Origin: an uncultured bacterium
GTDB taxonomy: Bacteria > Babelota > Babeliae > Babelales > Vermiphilaceae
Direction of reading: 5' to 3'
Length of the DNA stretch: 64,000 bases
NCBI GenBank assembly: GCA_963695335.1
Contig: OY968764.1
Coordinates: 960,001-1,024,000 of the forward strand
Part shown: in pieces, positions 39,388 through 49,856 of the stretch
Position numbering within the stretch: position 1 is the stretch's first letter
How the letters are laid out: every line of letters begins with the position of its first letter
Notes under the pieces: model-generated
What the model saw: the letters and a program-made list of their open reading frames with translations, nothing else
Database searches by the model: none
What the model was told of the DNA's origin: nothing
Program-made: the position numbers and the translations under genes

Positions 39388-42300
39388 GGTTGTTTATAAT
39401 TTTTTTCATCTTTTGATTATCTTCCCGTAAATCTGCAATAGTGAGATCTTTTTCTTGTAGTTCAGTTACCTTTTTATTCATTTTTTGAACCTCATTAAGT
39501 AAGAGTGGTATTAACATATCATATTCCACCCCAAATATTTCACCACTGCCAAAAGGATCTGTTTTTACCAATTCTGGTATAATTGAAACCGTTTCTTCGG
39601 CAATTAAACCATATTGTTTAATATTAAGTTTACTTCTTTTGATCATTGGGTCATCATTATACTCGAATGAAACCGGTCGTAACTGATAAATAGCTTCTGA
39701 ATCAGTTCCAATATCCATAATATCATGCTTAAAACGTCTTGATGAAGGCGCTAATGGAATCACAAATCCTAATGTAGCATAACCCGTAACAGGCGCATTT
39801 GGTATGTATCCAACTCCAATGTCTGCCGGAAGTAAAAGCGCACTTTCAGGCAAAACGATAATATCATGTACCAATGGTGTTCCAATTCCTATCGTTCCAA
39901 CAGTAGGAAAACCTTCTGATCCTATCCAAATATTATCCACGCCAGCAGGGCTCAAAGCCCCTGCAGTATTACCAATTGCTATATTATTTGCTCCTGTGGA
40001 AACAGGCAATGCACCATTACCAATAGCTATATTTCCAACTGCAGCATTTGCTGCCATTGCACCTATTCCAATAGCTATATTTCCATCGCCTTGCATTGCT
40101 TCACCTGCACCATCACCAATAGCAATGTTTCCATTCCCTGTTGTGCTAGTACCCATAGCGTTGTTACCCATTGCAATATTACTCGCTCCTTCATTAACTG
40201 CAAGCACTGCATTACCAATGCCAATATTAAGTGTTGCTCCAGGAGCAGTAGCCATAGCTCCATGACCAATTGCTATATTACTAGCACTTTCATTTATTTG
40301 AAGCGTATTTCTTCCCATTGCAATATTATTAATCGCGCCTGCTCCACTACCCATAGAAAGCACACCAATAGCTATATTATTAGTCGCATCATTTGCAGAA
40401 AGAGCACTTTGCCCAATAGCTATATTGCTAAAACCTGTCGCACTTACGCTCATCGCATTTTGACCTATTGCAATATTATTAAATTGACCATTTGCAGAAA
40501 GAGCGCTATCACCAATAGCAATATTAAATGTTGCCACACCTGTTGGAGAAGTAAGCATGGTATTATTACCAATAGCTATATTACTTAAGCCACTATCCAC
40601 ACTCAAAGCATTTTGACCGATAGCAATATTCAAAGCGCCTGTTTCATTAAGTGTCATTGCTTGATCACCTATTGCTATATTAGTAGTACCATTGTTAGTT
40701 GATAAAGCACCTGTGCCCACGGCTATATTTTTTAATGCTGTAGTACTCACCCCCATAGCATCGTTACCAACAGCTATATTTGAAGCATTATCAATATTAA
40801 GAAGCACACCAGATCCAATTCCAATATTATTAGATGCAGCTCCACTTGGACTCAGTTCCATTGCCCGTGGACCAATCGCTATATTATTAAAGCCATCAGG
40901 ATTGGTAAATAAAGCTTGTGGACCAATTGCAATATTATTATTTCCTATTGTATTTGTAAATAATGTAAGATTTCCAACGGCAACATTACCAGCTCCTTCT
41001 GTATTGTTTAGCATTGCTTCAAACCCTACCGCTGTATTAAAGTTACCGTTATTAGTATTAAGAGTCTGATACCCAGTGGCAGTATTTCCTTCACCTGACA
41101 CATTAGCTACCATAGAAAGTGCGCCAACTGCCGTATTAAAGGCTCCTTCAACATTTAAATTAAGCGTTCTATCACCTACCGCTGTATTAAAAGAAGCTTC
41201 ATTACTTTCAAGAGATTCAAAACCAACAGCTGTATTTCCTAAACCTATTGTATTATTAGCAATTGCGGAAACCCCTACTGCTGTATTTTCAATACCAAGA
41301 GTGTTAAGAAGAAGTGCATCATATCCAACTGCCGTATTAAAATCAACTAAATTAGCTTCAAGGGCTGACCAGCCAACTGCTGTATTGCCATTACCGGATA
41401 TATCGGAGGATAATGCAGACCAACCAACGGCAGTATTAAAACTTCCATTTGTATTAACTAGCATTGATTGAGAACCAATAGCTGTATTATCTACTCCAAT
41501 ATTATTGTCTATAAGAGCACTCCATCCAAGCGCACTGTTTTCAGTACCAATCGAATTAAAACGCATAGCAAATTGGCCAACCGCAGTATTACGATCTGCT
41601 TGATTATGCGTTAAGGCAGATGTACCAACTGCAGTATTACCTACACCAATTAAATCTTCCCTTAAAGCTTGATACCCTACCGCAACATTATCATCAGTAG
41701 GAAAAATATACGCCTCAAGAGCAGCTTGACCTATAGCTACATTATCTCGCCCTGCAGGAAGTGCAAACAGTGAATTAGTTCCCACTGAAACATTTTCTAT
41801 TGAAGCTGTTCCCAAAAATTGTGATTGGGCACCAACAGCAACATTCTCATCTCCAACAACGTTGCTAAACATTGTCTTAGAACCAACGGCAACGTTACTA
41901 GCTCCTGCCACGTTTGCAAATAATGCATTTGCACCTACAGCAGTATTATTTATGCCACCTATATTAGTAGTCATGGCACTACTTCCCACAGCTGTATTAC
42001 TCACACCATCAAGATTAGATGTCAAAGCATCATGACCCACAGCAGTATTATCAGCACCAATAAGATTTTCTTGTAAGGCTGCATAACCTACCGCAGTGTT
42101 AGCATACCCTGTCGTATTATGCTGTAATGCAAACGTACCAACGGCGGTTGCTTCACCAATTTGATGATCTTGTAACGCTTCATACCCTACCGCCACATTC
42201 CGATCTCCCGTTAATGTGATAGGACCAACGGTAAAATCAGCTCCTGTCACTGTTTCTAAAGCATGATTACCAATGGCAACGTTTTCATTACCAGTAACGT

Positions 42301-44752
42301 TAGAAAAGAAAACATGATATCCTATCGCGATATTATCACTTCCTGTAGTATTTGCCGGAGCGGCAAATGTTCCTGCTGCTGTATTTTGTACGCCAGTGGT
42401 GTTGGCATTCAATGTAAAATTGCCAAGAGCAGTGTTAAAGAAACCCGTTGTATTAAGTGTTAATGCATCGGAACCCAAAGCAGCATTGGTTGATGCTGTA
42501 TTATCTTTTAAGGCATTATTCCCAACAGCCACATTAAACACACCAGTAATGTTGGTAGTTAAAGCATACCGTCCAACCGCGATATCAGCTGAACCACTTG
42601 TATTTGATTCTAACGCAGCATTACCAACCGCAACGTTAGCCAAACCTATTAAGTTTGTTTGTAATGTTTTACTACCAACCGCAGTATTATCAATACCTAT
42701 GGTGTTTGATTCTAATGAATGAGCGCCAACAGCAGTATTTTCAAAACCAGTAATATTTGAAGTTAATGCATTATAACCAACCGCGGTATTTTCATATCCT
42801 GTTAAATTTGATTGTAATGCATGATTACCAAGAGCTGTATTATAACTTGCAACAGTATTTTGCTGTAACGCAAAATTACCAACCGCAAGATTATCGTTAC
42901 CTACGGTATTAAATTCTAAAGCAAAATTACCCATGGCAACGTTTTCAATACCGGTTGTATTTGCTGCTAAAGCAAAATTGCCAACTGCTACATTATGATG
43001 ACCTGTTGTGTTACTTTCTAACGCAAAATTACCAAAACCTGCATTAAAATCACCAACATTCTCTTCTAGAACCTGAGTACCAAATGCAGCATTAGATGAA
43101 CCTGTTACATTGGCTACTAAAGTATTCACACCAACGGCAACGTTAAACAGTCCCGTTGTATTATTTTGCAGAGAATTCATACCAATTGCGATATTTTCCG
43201 ACCCACTCGTGTTGGATTCCAATGCAAAATTACCAATTGCTATGTTTAATAAACCTAAAGTATTAGATTCTAACGCATCAACACCTATTGCAATATTATC
43301 ATGACCAAGTGTATTAGATTCTAAAGCGTTATTACCTATTGCAATATTTTGATATCCTGTAGTATTAGAAAAAAGTGCATTAACACCAATGGCAGTATTA
43401 TCATATCCAGTTATATTTGATTGTAATGCATTAACTCCATAGCCACTGTTACCTCCAAATCCGCTCATGGTAAAGTTACCTGCATTAACACCCACGAACG
43501 TATTATCTATTCCAAAATTTTGTATAAAGCTATTTCCAGCTTTCAGAACATTACCTATGCTTGGACTTATGGAATTATTCATAAGAAGATTACAACCAAC
43601 AATCACATCACATGCGCTTATTGTTTGACCAGAAATTTCACCTACTGATAAGTTATCAATAGAAGCATCTACTGCAGAGAAATTGATCACACACAGGTCA
43701 TTAATGCAATCTCCTACAACAATATCAGTAACAGATAACAATTGAATGGTAGCATTATTAATAATCGCGTCATTGACTGATAATGTACCACTGACTGTTG
43801 CATCAACTGCTGATAAATCATTAACACATAATGAATCAAGGCAGCTTCCAACAACGATTTCCCCTATTGATAAATGTTCAATAAAAGCATTGTTAACTGA
43901 TAATGTACCACTGACTGTTGCGTCAACAGCTGACAAATCATTAACACATAAACTTTCCATGCAACTTAAAACAACAAGATCTGTTACCGTTAAATTGTTA
44001 GTACAAAGATCAATACAACTTCCTCCTGGGGAAATTATATCGGTAACTGTTAACGTATTGACGCATAAACTATCAATACAACTTAAAACGGTTAGATCTG
44101 TGACAGTTAATGCACCTTCTATAATAACATCATCTTCGAATATGGCCTTATCATATACTTTTAACTTACCATGGAGCCTTGTTTTTCCTTTAACAATTAA
44201 ATTGTCATCAATACGAACATCTTCTTTAAAATAAGTATCATTAAAAATAGTAACTATAGGTTTAAATCCAGGACAAGGACAACAATTATCGTTATTCTCA
44301 AAGGTATTATGTTTTACAGCTTCTGGTGCGATAGATAATGAACCATTAATCATTTGATTAATCACAAGCTCAAGATCATGTATTAATTTTTTAGTTAATT
44401 TTTTAGGTAAATTTTTATAATTTTTTTCTATAACTCGTTCAGCATAATCAAGAACTTGTGCAACTGCATCCCATTCACCAAACAAAAATCCTTGATCCAT
44501 GTGTGCACGTAATGCCCAAAGACAAGAATTTTTATTTTCGTCTAATTCACTCATTTCTTTAATAACTTCACGAATTTTACTGGTTTTTGTACCAAAATAG
44601 ATATATTGATCAGATACTTGATGATGTGGATTATTCATTTCGCTGTCAAAAGAATGTGGTAACAAATCTCTTCTTTCCGCTAATAATGGTATAGCGCATG
44701 CACCTAATAACAGTGGCAAAATACCATACCGTTTTAATTGACGTACATTCAT
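39347..44752 (-). CDS. Secreted fibre/adhesin-like protein 6 (1801 aa): N-terminal helical domain, Cys-rich repeats, very long NTAVG/NIAIG beta-roll array, peptidase S74 chaperone
   Basis: SD aggag and leader (ILPLLLGACAIPLLA|E). CIDSLCVN repeats and dozens of 16-17-aa repeats. [12 protein letters not shown]...LRPVSFEY...YGLIAEE. Confidence 0.85.
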   Translation of the reverse strand: MNVRQLKRYGILPLLLGACAIPLLAERRDLLPHSFDSEMNNPHHQVSDQYIYFGTKTSKIREVIKEMSELDENKNSCLWALRAHMDQGFLFGEWDAVAQVLDYAERVIEKNYKNLPKKLTKKLIHDLELVINQMINGSLSIAPEAVKHNTFENNDNCCPCPGFKPIVTIFNDTYFKEDVRIDDNLIVKGKTRLHGKLKVYDKAIFEDDVIIEGALTVTDLTVLSCIDSLCVNTLTVTDIISPGGSCIDLCTNNLTVTDLVVLSCMESLCVNDLSAVDATVSGTLSVNNAFIEHLSIGEIVVGSCLDSLCVNDLSAVDATVSGTLSVNDAIINNATIQLLSVTDIVVGDCINDLCVINFSAVDASIDNLSVGEISGQTISACDVIVGCNLLMNNSISPSIGNVLKAGNSFIQNFGIDNTFVGVNAGNFTMSGFGGNSGYGVNALQSNITGYDNTAIGVNALFSNTTGYQNIAIGNNALESNTLGHDNIAIGVDALESNTLGLLNIAIGNFALESNTSGSENIAIGMNSLQNNTTGLFNVAVGVNTLVANVTGSSNAAFGTQVLEENVGDFNAGFGNFALESNTTGHHNVAVGNFALAANTTGIENVAMGNFALEFNTVGNDNLAVGNFALQQNTVASYNTALGNHALQSNLTGYENTAVGYNALTSNITGFENTAVGAHSLESNTIGIDNTAVGSKTLQTNLIGLANVAVGNAALESNTSGSADIAVGRYALTTNITGVFNVAVGNNALKDNTASTNAALGSDALTLNTTGFFNTALGNFTLNANTTGVQNTAAGTFAAPANTTGSDNIAIGYHVFFSNVTGNENVAIGNHALETVTGADFTVGPITLTGDRNVAVGYEALQDHQIGEATAVGTFALQHNTTGYANTAVGYAALQENLIGADNTAVGHDALTSNLDGVSNTAVGSSAMTTNIGGINNTAVGANALFANVAGASNVAVGSKTMFSNVVGDENVAVGAQSQFLGTASIENVSVGTNSLFALPAGRDNVAIGQAALEAYIFPTDDNVAVGYQALREDLIGVGNTAVGTSALTHNQADRNTAVGQFAMRFNSIGTENSALGWSALIDNNIGVDNTAIGSQSMLVNTNGSFNTAVGWSALSSDISGNGNTAVGWSALEANLVDFNTAVGYDALLLNTLGIENTAVGVSAIANNTIGLGNTAVGFESLESNEASFNTAVGDRTLNLNVEGAFNTAVGALSMVANVSGEGNTATGYQTLNTNNGNFNTAVGFEAMLNNTEGAGNVAVGNLTLFTNTIGNNNIAIGPQALFTNPDGFNNIAIGPRAMELSPSGAASNNIGIGSGVLLNIDNASNIAVGNDAMGVSTTALKNIAVGTGALSTNNGTTNIAIGDQAMTLNETGALNIAIGQNALSVDSGLSNIAIGNNTMLTSPTGVATFNIAIGDSALSANGQFNNIAIGQNAMSVSATGFSNIAIGQSALSANDATNNIAIGVLSMGSGAGAINNIAMGRNTLQINESASNIAIGHGAMATAPGATLNIGIGNAVLAVNEGASNIAMGNNAMGTSTTGNGNIAIGDGAGEAMQGDGNIAIGIGAMAANAAVGNIAIGNGALPVSTGANNIAIGNTAGALSPAGVDNIWIGSEGFPTVGTIGIGTPLVHDIIVLPESALLLPADIGVGYIPNAPVTGYATLGFVIPLAPSSRRFKHDIMDIGTDSEAIYQLRPVSFEYNDDPMIKRSKLNIKQYGLIAEETVSIIPELVKTDPFGSGEIFGVEYDMLIPLLLNEVQKMNKKVTELQEKDLTIADLREDNQKMKKIINNLLARIKELEKRMN

Positions 44753-44860
44753 GTATAACTCCTTTTTTTTAATTCAATAAAAAATTAATGGAGACAAAAA
44801 ACTCTTTAGTTTGTAATAAAAATAAAACAAGGCAATTAAAAAAATAAACAGTTATGTATA

Positions 44861-44894
44861 AAAAAAGGCATTCACTTGCATGAATGCCTTTTTT
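44861..44894 (-). terminator. Rho-independent (bidirectional) terminator after fibre gene 7
   Basis: aaaaaaggcattca-cttgca-tgaatgcctttttt. Confidence 0.85.
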
Positions 44895-44914
44895 AGAGAT
44901 ATATGAAGAACTAA

Positions 44915-47371
44915 TTATTCTAAATTCAATGCCGCTGTAGTCATTGCTGCAGCAATACCTCTGAGCATTGCACCAAATTTTTGATTATCAGCTTGAAGAT
45001 CTTGCACAATACCATTTAATTTTTGCACTTCATTGAGAAGTAACATAGGTAATAAATGATAGCGTACAGTGTATGGTGTGCCTTCTTCATCGCGGATAAC
45101 TAATGCAGGGAATACTTGATCAACTTCTTCAGCAATTAAACCATACTGTTTTGTTTCTGTTGCATCGCTATTATACACAAAGGTTACAGGATGCAAGTTG
45201 TATATATTTTCTGAATCAACATAGTCCATATCTTCTATGTTATGTTTGAATCTTTGTGAAGAAACAACCGTTCCTAATTGACCCGCTGCATCAACAAACA
45301 CTGGTATACCAGTACCGCCAACAACACTTGTGAACACACCTTGTAAAAATGCTGCTGTATGAGTAGCAGTTGTACCAATACGTATAATACCACTTTCAGT
45401 TGCAACACCAGGATTTGATATATAAATGTTATCATCACCAACTGTCAAACTCACTCCAGCGTTAAATCCAACAATAACATTCGTATCACCGGTTGCTGCA
45501 AATGCTGCTGCATTGTTTCCTACGAAAACGTTATTGAGTCCTGTTGAACTAAATCCTGCCTGGAATCCAACTGCCACATTACCAGAACCAACTATATTAG
45601 ATGCTAATGTAAAGCCACCAAGCGCGGTATTTTCATTACCTGTTGTGTTTGATGTTAAAGCAAATGCACCCACTGCTACGTTATTTTCTCCAATAGTATT
45701 GCCTGGTAAAGCAAATCCACCAACCGCTACGTTTTCAAAACCTGTTGTGTTTGAAGATAATGCTTGACGTCCAATACCCACGTTTTCAGCACCAGTTGTG
45801 GTAAAATTACCAGCATTTATACCAACAAAGGTGTTATCAGTTCCAAAATTATGAATAAATCTGATACCACCCTTAAGAACGTTACCGATAAGAGGACTTA
45901 TTGAGTTATTCATAAGAAGATTACAACCAACAATCACGTCACACGCACTGATTGTTCCACCAGAGATTTCACCTACTGATAAGTTATCAATAGAAGCATC
46001 TACCGCAGAAAAATTGATAACGCAAAGATTTTCTATGCAATCATTAACAACTAAATCATTAACGGATAATGAATCAATAGAAGCATCAACTGCCGAAAAA
46101 TCGATAACACAAAGACTATCAAGACAGCTTGCAATAATAATGTCACCTACAGACAAATTATCAATCGTTGCATTAACTGCTGATAAATTAATCACACAAA
46201 GATTTTCCATACAACTATTTACAACTAACTCATTAACCGATAACGAACCAATAAATGCATCAGTTGCTGATAGATTAACAACACAAAGACTATCAATACA
46301 ACTTAAAACAATAATCTCTCCTATAGATAAATTATCGATAACAGCATTAACTGCTGATAAATTCTCAACACATAAATTGTCTATACAGCTGTTTACTACT
46401 AATTCATTAACCGATAATGAATTAATAAATGCATCAGTTGCGGATAAGTTAGTAACGCAAAGGTTATCAATACAGCTAAGAACTGTTAGATCTGTAACAG
46501 ACAAGTTAGTGACACAAAGATTTTCCACACAGCTCAATATAATTATATCAGTGACAGTTAAATTATTTACACAAAGATGATCAAGACAACTACCAATAGG
46601 AAAAATAATATCAATAACCGTTAATTCATTCACACAAAGATTATCAATACAACTCAGTACTACTAAATCAGATACCGTTAATGTACCTTCTATAGTAACA
46701 TCTTCTTCAAATTCAACATCATCTTTAAACTTAACTTCATCATAAAACTTAACATCATCTTTAAATTTAACCTTATTCAAAAATTCAACTTTTTGTCTTA
46801 TTTTAATCAACTTACATTGTCTTACAGGGCAACAATGATCAGATTCTGTTGTAAAGCATTGTCTAATAATTCTAGCATCTTCAACAATAGAAGGGTCTCC
46901 TAAAGCTGAAGGTAAATCTAAAGCCTCAATAATTTTTTGTGAATCAACGGTAAGTTGTTCATTAACAACTTTATTAACTACCTCTTCAAGAGATTGAGAA
47001 AGATCTTGCGCTTCTTGAGCATCCATTCTTAAATAATTTTCTTGTAACACAGTTTCAGCGTAACCCAAAACTTCTATAACAAAATCATACAATCCAACCG
47101 AAAAATCTTCTTCAATATTGTTTTTCAATTCATGCACTAAAGATTCTTGATTCTCATCAAATTCACTAATAGCAGACACTACTTTGTATAAATCGCTAAC
47201 ATCTTTCCCGATATAAATATATTTCATACCACTAGCTTCTAACAGCTCACGTAATTCTGTATCTGAAATATACGCTTCATCTTTTGTAATCGCTTGCATG
47301 TGAAGCGAAAAAAACAAAAGTCCAACGTGTAAAAACAGGCGATGGACTCGATTAAACCGAAGATTTTTCAT
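44915..47371 (-). CDS. Secreted fibre/adhesin-like protein 7 (818 aa): N-terminal helical domain, expanded Cys-rich repeats, short beta-roll, peptidase S74 chaperone
   Basis: SD aaaggg and a leader ending MQA|IT. About ten SCIDNLCVxNLS repeats. SSQRFKHNIEDM...LHPVTFVY...YGLIAEEV. Confidence 0.85.
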   Translation of the reverse strand: MKNLRFNRVHRLFLHVGLLFFSLHMQAITKDEAYISDTELRELLEASGMKYIYIGKDVSDLYKVVSAISEFDENQESLVHELKNNIEEDFSVGLYDFVIEVLGYAETVLQENYLRMDAQEAQDLSQSLEEVVNKVVNEQLTVDSQKIIEALDLPSALGDPSIVEDARIIRQCFTTESDHCCPVRQCKLIKIRQKVEFLNKVKFKDDVKFYDEVKFKDDVEFEEDVTIEGTLTVSDLVVLSCIDNLCVNELTVIDIIFPIGSCLDHLCVNNLTVTDIIILSCVENLCVTNLSVTDLTVLSCIDNLCVTNLSATDAFINSLSVNELVVNSCIDNLCVENLSAVNAVIDNLSIGEIIVLSCIDSLCVVNLSATDAFIGSLSVNELVVNSCMENLCVINLSAVNATIDNLSVGDIIIASCLDSLCVIDFSAVDASIDSLSVNDLVVNDCIENLCVINFSAVDASIDNLSVGEISGGTISACDVIVGCNLLMNNSISPLIGNVLKGGIRFIHNFGTDNTFVGINAGNFTTTGAENVGIGRQALSSNTTGFENVAVGGFALPGNTIGENNVAVGAFALTSNTTGNENTALGGFTLASNIVGSGNVAVGFQAGFSSTGLNNVFVGNNAAAFAATGDTNVIVGFNAGVSLTVGDDNIYISNPGVATESGIIRIGTTATHTAAFLQGVFTSVVGGTGIPVFVDAAGQLGTVVSSQRFKHNIEDMDYVDSENIYNLHPVTFVYNSDATETKQYGLIAEEVDQVFPALVIRDEEGTPYTVRYHLLPMLLLNEVQKLNGIVQDLQADNQKFGAMLRGIAAAMTTAALNLE

Positions 47372-47526
47372 ATAATCCCTTTTTTGTTAAAAAAACAGTT
47401 TTCTACATTAAGAAAGACTCCTTTGACATAACAAAAGGGAAAGATTAGTGTCAACATTTTGTTCGTTAATATTTTTTTATATTATAAAAAAAAGTTCCGA
47501 ATCTTTTTCCGCTCGTGGAGAGGATC

Positions 47527-48018
47527 CTATTTTTGTAACAAACTATTCTGATTACTCGACCACAATCCACACAGAGTAACAGCTAATGCATCAGTGACGT
47601 CTTCTTTTTTTGGCACTTCCATTCCAGGAAACAGTTGCAATATAACACGTGCAACCTGATCTTTTGTTGCCCCGCCAAAGCCAGTAACAGATTGTTTAAC
47701 TTCTGTAGGCGCAAACTCGCAAATAGTCGTTTTATACTTATGTGCAAGAAGATATAAAATACCTCGTAAATAACCAAGCTTTAAAAAATTTTGAGCATTT
47801 TTACCTAAGAATGGTGTTTCCAGTGCTATCACCGTAACACCATGAATGACAATTTTTTCTTCAAAAAAATTATAAAACTCTCCAACACGAATAACAAGAC
47901 TATCGGATGATGACATGGTAAGACAACCATAATCAAGAAGAAGGGCTTGACGCCCTTCTTTTTTTAAAATTCCAAATCCAGCAAACCGAAACCCTGGATC
48001 AATACCTAAAATTACCAC
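47527..48018 (-). CDS. ruvC: Holliday junction resolvase RuvC
   Basis: ILGIDPG, ALETPF, PTEVKQSVTGFGGATKDQV and DVTDALAV motifs. GTG start. Confidence 0.95.
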   Translation of the reverse strand: MVILGIDPGFRFAGFGILKKEGRQALLLDYGCLTMSSSDSLVIRVGEFYNFFEEKIVIHGVTVIALETPFLGKNAQNFLKLGYLRGILYLLAHKYKTTICEFAPTEVKQSVTGFGGATKDQVARVILQLFPGMEVPKKEDVTDALAVTLCGLWSSNQNSLLQK

Positions 48019-48053
48019 TCTTTTTTTTCCTTTTTTTTTACTTCACTTTTTTG

Positions 48054-49592
48054 TTATGTAACTTGTTCTACCAATTCCTTAGTTGATTGCGATAATGGAT
48101 ATTGGTGAATATGTGCTAATTCTGCTGTTTCTATGCAACTATCTTCTAAATCTAAAACAGTGATAACATTATCAGTATCAAGCGTTATTTCATCTGTTGT
48201 TTTTATAACAACATATCCAGTCTCTACACTCTTTGCCAATGCTTTTCTAAAATCATCTAACGTATGAACCTTTTCACCATTAACTTCATTAATCGTATCA
48301 CCATAACGAATGCTTTGCATATGAGCTATTTTTGAATCTGAAAACACGTTAGTTACCACAAGGCGCGATCCATTACCATAAAGATTGGTTAAATAACGTC
48401 GCAATCCACCTCTTTCTTTGCACATATTAATATAGTTAACTGTTAATGGCATAATAATCATACCAGCAAACATTTCATAATCGATTGTTTCATATGCAGG
48501 AAATTTCATCGCTATACTATCATCATCTTCATCATTTTCTTTGCACGCAATGTTCAAAATTAATTCCAGCGCTTCTCCGTTACGATATATTTTTAATATA
48601 ACGTCCGTACCAATTGATTGTTGATGTATATAGGAATCAAACATTATTTTTTCATCATCACATAAAGCTTTTATTTCACCATAATTATCAATCTCATACT
48701 CATCTATGGTACAGATAATATCATTTGCTTCCACTCCCGCACAAGCTGCAGGGCTTGATGATACTACATCACACACCAAACAACCACCTTCTATGGGGCA
48801 ATTAAAATAATCTCTAATCTCTGGGGTTGTAAACGTCCAAATGATACCATTACTTTTAATTTTTAATAATTGGAATTCACGCAATGCCGGTGAGAATGTT
48901 TTAAATATATTAATTGGTGTAGCAAAGTTCGAGTTTTGCGCGTTAATGATAACCGAATTAGCAATGCCAATCACCATCCCATCTCTATTAAAAATAGGAC
49001 CTCCTGAATTTCCTGGATTAATAGGAGCATCTAATTGAAACAAACTATTTAAACGAGCGCTAATCACACCAGCAGTTCCTTTGATTTGATCCGTTTCTAT
49101 TGTGGTACCAGGATACCCTAATGCAAGAACATTTTCCCCGCGTTGAACCATATCAGAATCACCCATCTGCACATACGTAATTTTTCCAACTGTTTTACGA
49201 ACAAGTGCAACTGCTTTTTCATCAAGTTGCAAGAGTGCCACATCATGCTGAGGACATATTCCTACAACATGAGCTTTTAAACGTTGTTTACCTAAAGTGG
49301 GAATGGTTACATACACAGAAAGAGCCTGATCAACCACATGCGAGCAGGTTACAATACAACCATCTTCATTAATAAAAAAACCCGTACCTGTGCTGGTACT
49401 TGTACCACACACAACATACGGGTTAAACCAATTAGTAGCTCTTGAAGTAGAAAAAATATGAACAACAGCATCACGTGTAGCGGCTTGCACCTCTTGCCAT
49501 GCTTGATCAGTGGTGGGTGCTTCTTGTGCGCATGCTATTGAATATATTAATACGCTTAACAATCCTACAAAATACCTTTTTTTACATATCAT
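48054..49592 (-). CDS. Exported trypsin-like serine protease with PDZ domains (Deg/HtrA family), paralog A
   Basis: Catalytic triad motifs TCSHVV, HDVALL and NPGNSGGP. Signal peptide. PDZ-like C-terminal half. Confidence 0.9.
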   Translation of the reverse strand: MICKKRYFVGLLSVLIYSIACAQEAPTTDQAWQEVQAATRDAVVHIFSTSRATNWFNPYVVCGTSTSTGTGFFINEDGCIVTCSHVVDQALSVYVTIPTLGKQRLKAHVVGICPQHDVALLQLDEKAVALVRKTVGKITYVQMGDSDMVQRGENVLALGYPGTTIETDQIKGTAGVISARLNSLFQLDAPINPGNSGGPIFNRDGMVIGIANSVIINAQNSNFATPINIFKTFSPALREFQLLKIKSNGIIWTFTTPEIRDYFNCPIEGGCLVCDVVSSSPAACAGVEANDIICTIDEYEIDNYGEIKALCDDEKIMFDSYIHQQSIGTDVILKIYRNGEALELILNIACKENDEDDDSIAMKFPAYETIDYEMFAGMIIMPLTVNYINMCKERGGLRRYLTNLYGNGSRLVVTNVFSDSKIAHMQSIRYGDTINEVNGEKVHTLDDFRKALAKSVETGYVVIKTTDEITLDTDNVITVLDLEDSCIETAELAHIHQYPLSQSTKELVEQVT

Positions 49593-49631
49593 TGTAATAG
49601 CCTCATTAAAATTATTACTTCTTTGATTTTA

Positions 49632-49838
49632 GAGATTATCCGGAAATCCCAATTCCGCTCGTCCTGAGTGTTTTTTTGTCCTCAAAAAAATGTATCGAAG
49701 GATGCGGAATAAACAAAAATATTAGAAAACTCTCTTTTATGTTGCACCCTTCGATACATTTTACTACGTTTCACTTCGTAAAACACTCAGGGCGAGCGGT
49801 GGGAAATAATCGAGTTTTTTAATTTTCGGATAAGTTCT
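49632..49838. repeat. Composite REP/MITE-like inverted element between the two protease genes
   Basis: Inverted units CCGCTCG-nnn-TGAGTG-[hairpin]-TGTATCGAA-nnn at 49655-49707 and 49744-49799. Outer imperfect inverted repeat TTATCCG(G)AAA. Confidence 0.7.
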
Positions 49839-49856
49839 TACTACAATAATGTAACT

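Noticed and set aside
35555..44752. Diversity-generating retroelement or invertase shufflon acting on the fibre tips
   Set aside because: No reverse transcriptase or site-specific recombinase in the window, and I saw no non-coding template repeat with adenine-specific mismatches.
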